Counted from the stretch's first letter, positions 50,084-58,878 are shown. The stretch is 64,000 nt of DNA from Candidatus Multivoradales bacterium (GCA_965223855.1 CBDCXM010000009.1:1856001-1920000), one strand, 5' to 3'. The notes: generated from the letters alone by a model not told the origin. Numbers and translations are program-made.

Positions 50084-52297
50084 GTGACGCCGAAGGCTCT
50101 TGCACTGGTCGTCGGGGGCTTCGCAGCGACGCTGTGTGGGGGCTTCGGCTGCGGCTCCGGGGACGCGCCGCCCTCCGCATCCGACGCCGTGGACAGCTCC
50201 TCCGAGCTTGCGTCGCCGGCAGCTGCCGAGTCGAGCGAATCGGGCGGGATCGTGGCTGCGCCCTTGCCGAGCATCGAGGTCGAGAACCTGGTGCTGATCA
50301 CGATCGACACCCTGCGCGCGGACCGGCTCGGCTTCGCCGGCCACGAGACCGCATCGACGCCGTGGCTCGACCGGCTCGCGTCCGCCGGCTGGGTGTTCGA
50401 CTATGCGCATTCTCACGGTGTCATGACCTTGCCCACCCACACCTCCATACTGACCGGGCGCTTGCCCTACGAGCACGGGGTGAGGGACAACAGCGGCTTC
50501 GTGCTCTCCGCTGAGGTTCCGACGGCGGCGACGCTTCTCGGGGCCGCCGGGTTTTCAACAGCGGCAGTGGTCGGAGCCTTCCCGCTCGACCGGCGGTACG
50601 GTCTCGCCCGTGGCTTCGACCTCTACGACGACGCTTATCCCGAGGGCGGCGGGCCGGGAGCGGTCGATCCCCAGAGGCCCGGATCGGAGGTCGTCGGCCG
50701 GGGCCTCGAATGGTGGCGCGACAACGTCGGGAAGCGGCGTTACCTCTGGCTTCACCTCTACGACCCGCACGCGCCCTACACGCCGCCCGCTGACGCTGCC
50801 GCCCGCGCCGGGGGAGACGCCTACGACGGCGAGGTCACGGTCGTAGACGATGCGCTGGCGCCGCTTCTGAGTCTCTTTCTCGACGGGGAGGAGCCGTCGA
50901 CCCTCATCGTCGTGACGTCGGACCATGGTGAGGCGCTCGGCGAGCACGGCGAGGTCACACACGGCCTCTTCGCCTACGAACCGACCCTCAGAGTGCCGCT
51001 CGTCCTGTGGGCGCCCGGGCTCGGATCCGGCCGGTCGAGCCGTCAGGTGCGGCACGTCGATCTGCTGCCGACGATGCTCGAGGCGGCCGGGGTCGAGGCC
51101 TCCGGGGTGCAGGCCGCCGAGCTGGCGCCGGGCGCCGCGGCAGGCGCCGGCGAGCTGGCCGGGACCTCGCTCTTCGAGCCGCCCTCCTCGTCGACGGCCA
51201 CCTACTTCGAGGCAATCACGGCGAGTCTCGACCGTGGATGGGCGCCGCTGCGGGGCGTGGTGCGCGGCTCGCGCAAGTTCATCGAGCTGCCGATCACGGA
51301 GCTCTACGATCTGTCGAGCGATACCTCCGAGAAGGACAACCTCGCCCCGGAGCGCCCGGAGGAGGTGGCCGGCCTCAGGACGGTGCTCCCGCCGGCTTCG
51401 GCCTGGCCGCCGGAGCGCGGCTCGGTCTCGGCGGAAGAGGAGCGCAAGCTTCGGAGTCTCGGCTATCTCGGAGGCTCGGCGGCGCCGAAGAAGGACTACA
51501 CGGCCGACGACGACCCGAAGCGGCTCGTGCATCTCGACCGTCAGGTGCACACCGCCATCGACCGCTACCATCGCGGCCGCCTCGACGAGGCGGAGCGGCT
51601 GTTGCGCGGAGTGCTGGCGGAGCGCCCCGACATGGGTGTGGCGTCGTACTACCTGGCGCAGACGCTGCTGGAGGACGGCCGTCTGAACGAGGCGGTGGAG
51701 GTGATGTCTCGGGCTCAGCGCCGGGGCTCGGCGACCACCGCGCTGCGCCGCCAGCTCGGACTCTCCCTCGGCGCCCTCGGACGGTTCGACGAAGCGATCG
51801 ACGCCCTCGAGCCGTTGGCGGAGGCCGGGGAGACGGAAGCGATGCGGGCGCTCGGACAGGTGCTTTCGGATGCCGGGCGGCTGAGGGAGGCGGAGGCGAT
51901 CCTCAACCGCATCTTCGAGATCGACTCTCGCTCCCCCGAAGCTCACGAAACGCTCGCCCTGAACGCTCTGCGCGCCGGCGACTGGCCGACGGCCCAGCGG
52001 CAGGCACGGCTGGCGCTCGATCTCAACGACCGCCTCGACCAGTCCTGGAACTACCTGGGATCGGCGCGCTATCAGCTCGGGGATCGGCGCGGTGCGTTCG
52101 AGGCGTGGCGTCGTGCGGTGGAGCAGGGAATCGAGAATTTCGACGCGCTCTACAACCTCGCGATCGTCGCGCGCGAACTGGGGGAGAGTGACGCGGCCCG
52201 CTCCGCGCTGCGGCGCTTCCTCGCCGGTGCGCCCCGTGGGCAGTACGGCGAGGACCTCGCGACGGCGCGGCGGTGGCTCGACGAACTGGGCGGATGA
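50084..52297 (+). CDS. Sulfatase-like hydrolase/transferase + TPR, probable lipoprotein
   Basis: Start re-called at GTG 50084; GFGC lipobox-like; ITIDTLRAD, TLPTH, HLYDPH, SDHGE, LRSLGY; C-terminal TPRs. Confidence 0.88.
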   Translation: MTPKALALVVGGFAATLCGGFGCGSGDAPPSASDAVDSSSELASPAAAESSESGGIVAAPLPSIEVENLVLITIDTLRADRLGFAGHETASTPWLDRLASAGWVFDYAHSHGVMTLPTHTSILTGRLPYEHGVRDNSGFVLSAEVPTAATLLGAAGFSTAAVVGAFPLDRRYGLARGFDLYDDAYPEGGGPGAVDPQRPGSEVVGRGLEWWRDNVGKRRYLWLHLYDPHAPYTPPADAAARAGGDAYDGEVTVVDDALAPLLSLFLDGEEPSTLIVVTSDHGEALGEHGEVTHGLFAYEPTLRVPLVLWAPGLGSGRSSRQVRHVDLLPTMLEAAGVEASGVQAAELAPGAAAGAGELAGTSLFEPPSSSTATYFEAITASLDRGWAPLRGVVRGSRKFIELPITELYDLSSDTSEKDNLAPERPEEVAGLRTVLPPASAWPPERGSVSAEEERKLRSLGYLGGSAAPKKDYTADDDPKRLVHLDRQVHTAIDRYHRGRLDEAERLLRGVLAERPDMGVASYYLAQTLLEDGRLNEAVEVMSRAQRRGSATTALRRQLGLSLGALGRFDEAIDALEPLAEAGETEAMRALGQVLSDAGRLREAEAILNRIFEIDSRSPEAHETLALNALRAGDWPTAQRQARLALDLNDRLDQSWNYLGSARYQLGDRRGAFEAWRRAVEQGIENFDALYNLAIVARELGESDAARSALRRFLAGAPRGQYGEDLATARRWLDELGG

Positions 52298-53949
52298 GTC
52301 GAACGACGGCGATCGTGCGACTGGCCGCGCTCATGCTGGCCGTCGCCTGTGTCGCGGCGGGCGGCGCTGTCGAAGGCGCCGCAGCGTCGTCACGGCTCGG
52401 GGACGAGTTCGATGGCTGGATCGAGCAACGCCGCCGAGTCGCCGAAGCCCTCGCAGCCGGAGGGTCGCTCGCGCCTGAGCGGCTGGCGGCGATGTACGGG
52501 GCGTTGGCTCGCACCTACCTGCTACGGGCGGATCTTGCCGCGGCACGAGCGCACTTCGACAGGGCCGCCGACCTCGCGCCGGGGGACTTCCGCTGGGCTC
52601 ACTACCTCGGCGTCGTGGCGGCCCGGATGGAGGATCGCGCCGCCGCCGTGAGGCGCTTCACGAGCTCTTCAGAACTCGCCCCGTGGTTCGAACCGTCTCG
52701 GGAGTGGCTGTCGAGGCTCGAAGGCGATGGGGTGGTCGATGCGCCGACGCATGCGACCTCCGACCCTCTCATCGACGGGTTGGCCGCCTTCGGGCGGCGA
52801 CTGCGGGTCGAGTTCGCGCAGGACAAGCTGGAAACAGGTGACGTCGACGGGGCGCTCGCGGAGCTCGAGACGGTGTTGACCTTCGATCCCGGAGACTCGA
52901 GGGCGCGCTACCAGCTCGCGGTGGCGCAGTTTCGCGCCGGCAGAGCCGCGGAAGCCCTCGCCAACGTCCGACGGGTGGTGGAGGAGGAGCCCGACTTCGG
53001 CGAGGCGCACTTCAGCCTCGCGTCGGTGCTCGCGGCTCGCGGCGAGCGCGACGAAGCGCTCCTTCACTTTCGCCACGCTTTCGCCGCGGACCGGGGCAAC
53101 TCCGCGGTCCACGAGCGTCTGGCGAGCGAGCTCGCTGCCAGAGGCGAGGTCGAAGAGTCCGTGGCGCTTTACTCGACCCTCGTCGCCCGCGAGCCGCATC
53201 GGGTGGGCGCGGTGCGCGACTACGCGAGCCTCCTTGCAGGCGCGGGCCGGGCGGAAGAGGCGGTCCGCCAGCTCCGGCGTTCGGTCGAGGCCGTTTCGGC
53301 GGCGGAGGCTCGAGCGGTCCTGCTGCTCGACGCCGGACGGATCGGCGATGCGGCGGGACACGGCGATGCGGCGATCGCGGACCTCGAGCAGGTCGTCGCC
53401 CTCGTCCCTCGGCAGGCGACGGGTCATGCCGAGCTGGCGGCCGCGCTGGCCCGATCCGGTCGCTTCGACGAAGCCGCCGAGAGCTACGGCCGGTGGATCG
53501 AGATCGAGCCGGAGAGCGTCACGCCGTGGTTCTCGAGGGCGCTGGCTCTGCTGCTGGCCGGCCGGGACGCTCCGGCTCGCGAGACCCTGGAGGCGGCGCT
53601 CGACCGACTGCCCGGGGAGACATCGCTGACTCACCTGCTGGCGCGATTGCTGGCCACGAGCGAGGACGCGGCGGTACGCGACGGCGCCAGAGCGCTGATT
53701 CTCGCGCGATCGGTTCTCGCCGGCGCATCCTCGCCCGAGCATGCCGAGACGGTCGCCATGGCGCTCGCCGAGACCGGGAGCTTCGACGAAGCGGTTCGGT
53801 GGCAGGAGCGGATCGTCGAGACCCTCGGCGGGGCGGAAAGCCCTGCCGCGAGTGCGGCCGCCGGACGGCTGGAGCTCTACCGGCGCGGCGAGGCTGCCCG
53901 ATCGCCCTGGGCGCCGCCGGCAACCTCCACCGGCGCTGCCGGACGGTAG
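52294..53949 (+). CDS. Secreted tetratricopeptide repeat protein (paralogue of 13800/46284)
   Basis: ATGA overlap; PGDFRWAHYLG; shared C-terminal LARLLATS...RDG...HAETVAMALAE...RSPW. Confidence 0.85.
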   Translation: MSRTTAIVRLAALMLAVACVAAGGAVEGAAASSRLGDEFDGWIEQRRRVAEALAAGGSLAPERLAAMYGALARTYLLRADLAAARAHFDRAADLAPGDFRWAHYLGVVAARMEDRAAAVRRFTSSSELAPWFEPSREWLSRLEGDGVVDAPTHATSDPLIDGLAAFGRRLRVEFAQDKLETGDVDGALAELETVLTFDPGDSRARYQLAVAQFRAGRAAEALANVRRVVEEEPDFGEAHFSLASVLAARGERDEALLHFRHAFAADRGNSAVHERLASELAARGEVEESVALYSTLVAREPHRVGAVRDYASLLAGAGRAEEAVRQLRRSVEAVSAAEARAVLLLDAGRIGDAAGHGDAAIADLEQVVALVPRQATGHAELAAALARSGRFDEAAESYGRWIEIEPESVTPWFSRALALLLAGRDAPARETLEAALDRLPGETSLTHLLARLLATSEDAAVRDGARALILARSVLAGASSPEHAETVAMALAETGSFDEAVRWQERIVETLGGAESPAASAAAGRLELYRRGEAARSPWAPPATSTGAAGR

Positions 53950-55115
53950 CCGACGCCGCCGTACCCCTCGGCTCGCGGCACCCACGCATCATCGAAGTCC
54001 GGCGCCAAAGGCTGGAAGCGGTTGAGTGTTTCCGAGACGGTCCCGCGGAGGTCGGGCGTCGCACCCCCGAGCACGCAGCCGGTGACGGTAGCGGAGGGCG
54101 GCACGTCCAGTTCGTAGCGGCTTCCCGGCGCGCTCCCGCCCGCGAGCGTGTTGTCCCAGAAGATGCTCTCCTCGAAGACGCTGCCGTTCCCCCGGTCGTC
54201 GACGCCGTTCCAGTTGCCGGTGAAGGTCGATCGACGGACCTCGACCCGCGAACCCTCGAAGACGGTGAGCGCCCCCGAGCCGTGTTCGCGGTTGTAGACC
54301 GAGGTGAAGTCGGGCCGCGGTCCGTCGATCAGCGGGACGGGGGCGACGTTCGAGATGTTGCCGACGAACAGGCAGTTCTCGAACACCGCGGCACTGCCGT
54401 GGAGCAGATCGACCGCCGAGCCGGTCAGCCTCGCCCGGTTGCCCTGAAAGATCACGTTGCGGAAGGTCGCCGCCTGCTCGTCGAAGCCCCGATGCTCGAC
54501 GGAGACGCCCGCTCCGCACGGGCTGGCGAAGTTGTCGCGGATCACCACGTTCTCGACGGTCGGGTACGAGCGTCCGAAGATCTTGATCGCGCCGCCGTCG
54601 GAATGGATGTAGAGGTGGTGCGAGAGTTCGGGGATCGAGTCGATCGCGGGGTCGAAATCGGTCGGCTGGTCGCCTGCGTCGGCGTGGTAGTTGTTGGCCC
54701 CGGTCAGGGTGACCCCTCGAAGCACGGTACGCGGCGAAATGCCGTCACCGAAATAGACGACGTGATTCACCACCGCCGGGAAGCTGGCGGCGAACGGGTC
54801 GGCGATTCGCGGATTGGCGGCGGTCAGCACGGCCTCTCCCTCACCCTCGAGCACCAGCCCGTCATGCCGGGCGACGAAGGTCACGAGCGCCTGACCGGGT
54901 TCGGCCGGCCGGTGGACGCCCGCCTCGAGCACGACCCGGTCGATGTCCGGGTCGGCGGCCGCCGCGTCGAGAGCCGCCTGAATCGACTCGCCCGGCCGCA
55001 CCCTCAGAGGGGAAGAAGCGGCGCCGGGCGCCGAAGCGGCAAGGAGGGCGATCGGCAGCCAGAAGCTGACCGCCTTCCTGGAGGGCGCGCGCCCTCGGAA
55101 CCTCGGGATTGACAC
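53877..55115 (-). CDS. Secreted right-handed parallel beta-helix (pectin-lyase-like fold) protein
   Basis: VRPGESIQAALD N-cap, DGGAIKI, N.A...GAGV, F.NC.F.GN repeats. Start approximate. Confidence 0.75.
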   Translation of the reverse strand: MSIPRFRGRAPSRKAVSFWLPIALLAASAPGAASSPLRVRPGESIQAALDAAAADPDIDRVVLEAGVHRPAEPGQALVTFVARHDGLVLEGEGEAVLTAANPRIADPFAASFPAVVNHVVYFGDGISPRTVLRGVTLTGANNYHADAGDQPTDFDPAIDSIPELSHHLYIHSDGGAIKIFGRSYPTVENVVIRDNFASPCGAGVSVEHRGFDEQAATFRNVIFQGNRARLTGSAVDLLHGSAAVFENCLFVGNISNVAPVPLIDGPRPDFTSVYNREHGSGALTVFEGSRVEVRRSTFTGNWNGVDDRGNGSVFEESIFWDNTLAGGSAPGSRYELDVPPSATVTGCVLGGATPDLRGTVSETLNRFQPLAPDFDDAWVPRAEGYGGVGYRPAAPVEVAGGAQGDRAASPRR

Positions 55116-55138
55116 TCTTTCTCGCCCCTTGCTAACGT
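55109..55138 (+). promoter_or_regulatory. Sigma70 promoter of the tRNA-Val/thrS unit
   Basis: TTGACA-N18-TAACGT with extended -10 TG and a GC-rich discriminator. Confidence 0.65.
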
Positions 55139-55182
55139 CTGCGCCCCGGCGGTGCCGGAAGGCTTTGCCGGAGCCATTCTAA

Positions 55183-55259
55183 AGGCCCGTAGCTCAGATG
55201 GTTAGAGCGCTACGTTGACATCGTAGAGGTCAGCGGTTCAAGTCCGCTCGGGCCTACCA
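55183..55259 (+). tRNA. tRNA-Val(GAC)
   Basis: Cloverleaf AGGCCCG/CGGGCCT acceptor, CTACG-TTGACAT-CGTAG anticodon arm, TTCAAGT T-loop, encoded CCA. Confidence 0.97.
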
Positions 55260-55377
55260 GGCTCTCCCCGAGAGCCCCCAGAGACAGAAGCAGACGACGA
55301 CGAGCGAGCCCCAGGATGGAAGCATGGACTACCCACGCCGGCTCCGCGTCCGCCGAGAGTCCGTCTGCAGCAACAGC

Positions 55378-55454
55378 AGGCGCTTAGCTCAGCTGGTTAG
55401 AGCGCTACCTTCACACGGTAGAGGTCAGCGGTTCGAGTCCGCTAGCGCCTACCA
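55378..55454 (+). tRNA. tRNA-Val(CAC)
   Basis: AGGCGCT/AGCGCCT acceptor, CTACC-TTCACAC-GGTAG anticodon arm, TTCGAGT T-loop, encoded CCA. Confidence 0.97.
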
Positions 55455-55478
55455 AACTCCGCTCTCCGGAGGTTGGAC

Positions 55479-57398
55479 ATGATCGAACTGACCCTTCCCG
55501 ACGGGTCGGTGCGCGAGGTCGCGCCCGGCCAGACACCCCTCGACGTCGCGACCGCTATCGGCCCCGGCCTGGCGAAGGCGGCGATCGGCGCCGAACTCAA
55601 CGGTGTGCCCGTCGACCTGCGTCAGCCGCTTGTCGAAGGAGGCGCCTTCCGCATCTTCACCAACCGCAATCCGGAGGCGGGCGACTTCCTCCGCCACAGT
55701 GCCGAACACGTGATGGCCGATGCGGTGAAGCGACTGTGGCCGGAGGTCGAGATCGACGCCGGGCGGCAGGACCACTCCGAGAAGTTTCAGTACGACTTCC
55801 GCTTCCCGCGGGCGTTCACCCCCGAAGACCTCGAGGCGATCGAGGAGAAGATGCGCGAGATCCTCGCCGAAGACAGCGCCTTCGAGCGCATCGAGGTGAC
55901 CCGCGACGAGGCGCGCGAGACCTTCCGTGAGATGGGGGAGACGCTCAAGCTCGAGCGCCTCGAGGACATTCCGGAAGGCGAGGCGATCACCCTCTACCGG
56001 CACGGCGACTTCGTCGACCTGTGCCGCGGGCCGCATGCGCAACGGGCGTCCCAGATCGGCGCCGTCAAGCTGCTGGAGGCGTCCGGGGTCTACTGGAAGG
56101 GCGACGAGTCGAACGAGCGCCTGCAGCGGATCTACGGCACCGCCTTCGCCTCCGAAAAGGAGATGAAGGCGTGGGAAGAGCAGCTCGAACAGGCCAACGC
56201 GCGCGACCACCGGCGCCTCGGCCCTGAGCTCGATCTCTTCAGCTTCAGCGATCTGGCGCCGGCGAACCCGTTCTTCCACCCCAAAGGGGCGGTGGTCTAC
56301 AACGAACTGATGGACTTCGTCCGTGAGGTGCAGGAGGAGAACGGTTTCGAAGAGGTGATCACGCCGCAGATCCTCGACGTCGATCTGTGGCACACGTCGG
56401 GCCACTACGCGAACTACAAGGAGAACATGTTCTTCACCGAGCTCGACGAGCGGGAGTTCGCCGTCAAGCCGATGAACTGCCCGACGCACTGCCTGATCTA
56501 TTCGACCGGGCTGCGCTCGTACCGCGACCTGCCGATCCGCTACGCCGACTTCGGGCGGCTGCACCGCTACGAGCGAAGCGGTGTCACCTCGGGCCTCACC
56601 CGGGTGCGCTCCTTCTGCCAGGACGACGCGCACGTCTTCTGCACCCCCGAGCAGGTCGAGGAGGAGGTGCTCACGATGGCGTCGATGATCCGCCGGATCT
56701 ACGACACCTTCGGCTTCGAGGAGCTGCTGATCGAGCTCTCGACCCGGCCGGAGAAACGGCTCGGCTCCGAGGAGCTGTGGGACCGCGCTGAGGCGGCGCT
56801 GGCGGCGGCTCTCGACAGCCAGGGGATCGACTACGAGGTCAACGCCGGCGACGGTGCCTTCTACGGCCCCAAGATCGATTTCCAGGTCAAGGACGCGATC
56901 GGACGCTCCTGGCAGCTCGGCACGATCCAGCTCGACTACCAGCTGCCGGAGCGCTTCGAACTCGAGTACATCGGCGACGACGGCGCCGAGCACCGCCCGG
57001 TGATGATCCATCGCGCCATGCTCGGCTCACTCGAGCGCTTCATGGGGATCCTGATCGAGCACACCGGCGGCGCGTTCCCGGTGTGGCTGGCGCCGGTGCA
57101 GGCGCGGGTGATTCCGGTGTCGGAGAAGCAGGCCGGCTACGCCGACAAGGTGCGGCAGGAACTCGCCGCCTCGGGGGCGCGGGTCGAGGCCGATCTGCGC
57201 AACGAGAAGCTCGGCTACAAGATCCGCGAGGCGCAGGTGAACAAGGTGCCGTACATGATCGTCGTCGGCGGGCGCGAAGAGGAGGCGGGCCAGGTGGCGC
57301 CGCGCCTGCGCACCGGCGAGGATCTGGGCGCGATGGCGGTCGACGATTTCCTGGACCGCCTCCGCGATCGCACCGCCACAAGGTCCCTGGAGCTCTAG
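55479..57398 (+). CDS. thrS: Threonine--tRNA ligase
   Basis: TGS domain, RHSAEH, DLCRGPH, RDHR, KPMNCP, HRYE.SG, GAFYGPKID, IHRAMLGSLERF. GGAGG RBS. Confidence 0.98.
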   Translation: MIELTLPDGSVREVAPGQTPLDVATAIGPGLAKAAIGAELNGVPVDLRQPLVEGGAFRIFTNRNPEAGDFLRHSAEHVMADAVKRLWPEVEIDAGRQDHSEKFQYDFRFPRAFTPEDLEAIEEKMREILAEDSAFERIEVTRDEARETFREMGETLKLERLEDIPEGEAITLYRHGDFVDLCRGPHAQRASQIGAVKLLEASGVYWKGDESNERLQRIYGTAFASEKEMKAWEEQLEQANARDHRRLGPELDLFSFSDLAPANPFFHPKGAVVYNELMDFVREVQEENGFEEVITPQILDVDLWHTSGHYANYKENMFFTELDEREFAVKPMNCPTHCLIYSTGLRSYRDLPIRYADFGRLHRYERSGVTSGLTRVRSFCQDDAHVFCTPEQVEEEVLTMASMIRRIYDTFGFEELLIELSTRPEKRLGSEELWDRAEAALAAALDSQGIDYEVNAGDGAFYGPKIDFQVKDAIGRSWQLGTIQLDYQLPERFELEYIGDDGAEHRPVMIHRAMLGSLERFMGILIEHTGGAFPVWLAPVQARVIPVSEKQAGYADKVRQELAASGARVEADLRNEKLGYKIREAQVNKVPYMIVVGGREEEAGQVAPRLRTGEDLGAMAVDDFLDRLRDRTATRSLEL

Positions 57399-57403
57399 TC
57401 GAA

Positions 57404-58105
57404 GTGGACCCGAACCAGCTCATCGACGGCCTCGTCTTCTACGTCGTCTTCCTGTTCTCGGTCACTCTCCACGAGGCGGCTCACGCCTGGGCCGCCAAGC
57501 GGGGCGGCGACCTGACGGCCTATCTCGGCGGCCAGGTGAGTCTCGACCCGATGCCGCACATCCGGCGCGAGCCGTTCGGCATGGTGCTGCTGCCGCTCCT
57601 GTCGGTGTTCCTGATCGGCTGGCCGTTCGGCTTCGCCAGCGCCCCCTACGATCGCAACTGGGCGGTGCGCTACCCGAACCGCGCCGCCTGGATGGCGCTC
57701 GCCGGCCCCGGAGCCAACCTCTTGCTGGTCGCCGTCGCCGCGATCCTGATCTTCGTCGGCACCCTCGCCGGCCTCTTCGGCCCGCCGGAGGCGGTCAGCT
57801 TCAGCCGCGTCGCCGTCGCCGAAGGGGCGCTCTCGCCCCTGGCCTTCTTCTTCAGCGCCCTGCTGTCGATGAACCTGCTGCTGGCGATCCTCAACCTCGT
57901 CCCGGTACCGCCGCTCGACGGCAGCGCCGCCCTGACGTTGTTGATGCCCTCCAGCGTGGTGCCGAAATACCAGCAGTTCCTGTGGACCAACCCGATCCTC
58001 GGCTGGGTCGGGATTCTCGTCGCCTGGCGGGCACTTGACTACGTCTTCCAGCCGGTCTGGCTGGCGCTCGTGAACCTGATCTATCCCGGCGTCTCCTACG
58101 GCTAG
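57404..58105 (+). CDS. Site-2 protease family (M50) intramembrane metallopeptidase
   Basis: HEAAH, ALAGP..NL, NLVPVPPLDG and hydrophobic segments. GTG 57404 lies just after the thrS stop. Confidence 0.92.
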   Translation: MDPNQLIDGLVFYVVFLFSVTLHEAAHAWAAKRGGDLTAYLGGQVSLDPMPHIRREPFGMVLLPLLSVFLIGWPFGFASAPYDRNWAVRYPNRAAWMALAGPGANLLLVAVAAILIFVGTLAGLFGPPEAVSFSRVAVAEGALSPLAFFFSALLSMNLLLAILNLVPVPPLDGSAALTLLMPSSVVPKYQQFLWTNPILGWVGILVAWRALDYVFQPVWLALVNLIYPGVSYG

Positions 58106-58137
58106 ACCTCGGAACAGCCCGGTAGTGCCCGGCCCTC

Positions 58138-58584
58138 CTCCCGCGCTCGGGCTGTTGTCCCCGAGGGGGACGTCGCGCGTACTCGGTTGGACGACCGGCA
58201 GCGCGCGCTCTCTCACCTTCGGGCGACGACCTGCTCGAGAAACACGGAGTGCTTTCGGCCCTCGGCATCGCCGGCCGCAGGTCGGCGCGGGAACACAGCC
58301 CCTGGGCTGGCTTGGCCAGCCCCCTCGGCCGACAACACCCCGAACGCGGGAGAGAGCGCCTATCGTTGTCGCAGTAGCGAGACGACGGGGGTCTCGTGGC
58401 AGAGCTTGTGGCTAGGCGCCCGGGAGGCGGAATGCCCTTGCAGGGGGGCTCTCGCCGAGGCCCGAAGGCATCTCACTAGCCTGCAGCGGCTGTCGGCCGA
58501 CGGCGAGAGAGCGCGCGCTGCCGGTCGTCCAACCGAGTACGCGCGACGTCCCCCCTGCGGGGGCATTTCGCCTCCCGAGGCGCC
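58138..58584. repeat. Inverted pair of structured ~170-215 bp elements sharing a perfect 50-bp core
   Basis: 58165-58214 is the exact reverse complement of 58505-58554. Each unit has its own closing stem (58138-58169/58320-58352 and 58415-58448/58550-58584). Confidence 0.85.
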
Positions 58585-58628
58585 GGCGGAAGCACCCCGA
58601 TCTCTCAGCGACGGTCCACACAGGGGGG

Positions 58629-58657
58629 TTGTCTGGCTTCCCACACCCCCCTATAAT
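58629..58657 (+). promoter_or_regulatory. Sigma70 promoter of rpmI-rplT-pheST
   Basis: TTGTCT-N17-TATAAT, 26 bp before the rpmI GTG; AAGGAG RBS. Confidence 0.75.
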
Positions 58658-58683
58658 CAGCGGCCGTTTGGAAGGAGTACGCC

Positions 58684-58878
58684 GTGCCGAAGATCAAATC
58701 CCATCGTGGCGCCAGCAAGCGCTTCAAGACCACCGGAACCGGCAAGGTCCGGCGCCATCACGCGGGACATTCCCACATCCTCACCAAGAAGACCCAGAAG
58801 CGGAAGCGCAAGCTGCGTTCGAGCACGCTCGTCAAGGGCAAGTTTGCCCATGACATCAAAGAGCGCATCAGCGACTGA
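58684..58878 (+). CDS. rpmI: 50S ribosomal protein L35
   Basis: [21 protein letters not shown]...HILTKK. Confidence 0.97.
   Translation: MPKIKSHRGASKRFKTTGTGKVRRHHAGHSHILTKKTQKRKRKLRSSTLVKGKFAHDIKERISD

Noticed and set aside
72-52191. Many long antisense or alternate-frame ORFs (e.g. 72..2297, 3823..6264, 7720..9930, 29652..31616, 35534..38797)
   Set aside because: Shadow ORFs of high-GC coding strands; they have no recognisable motifs and fully overlap well-supported genes.
53877-55454. Genomic island integrated at tRNA-Val
   Set aside because: No integrase, no duplicated tRNA 3' end seen in the window, and no obvious compositional shift versus the core genes.
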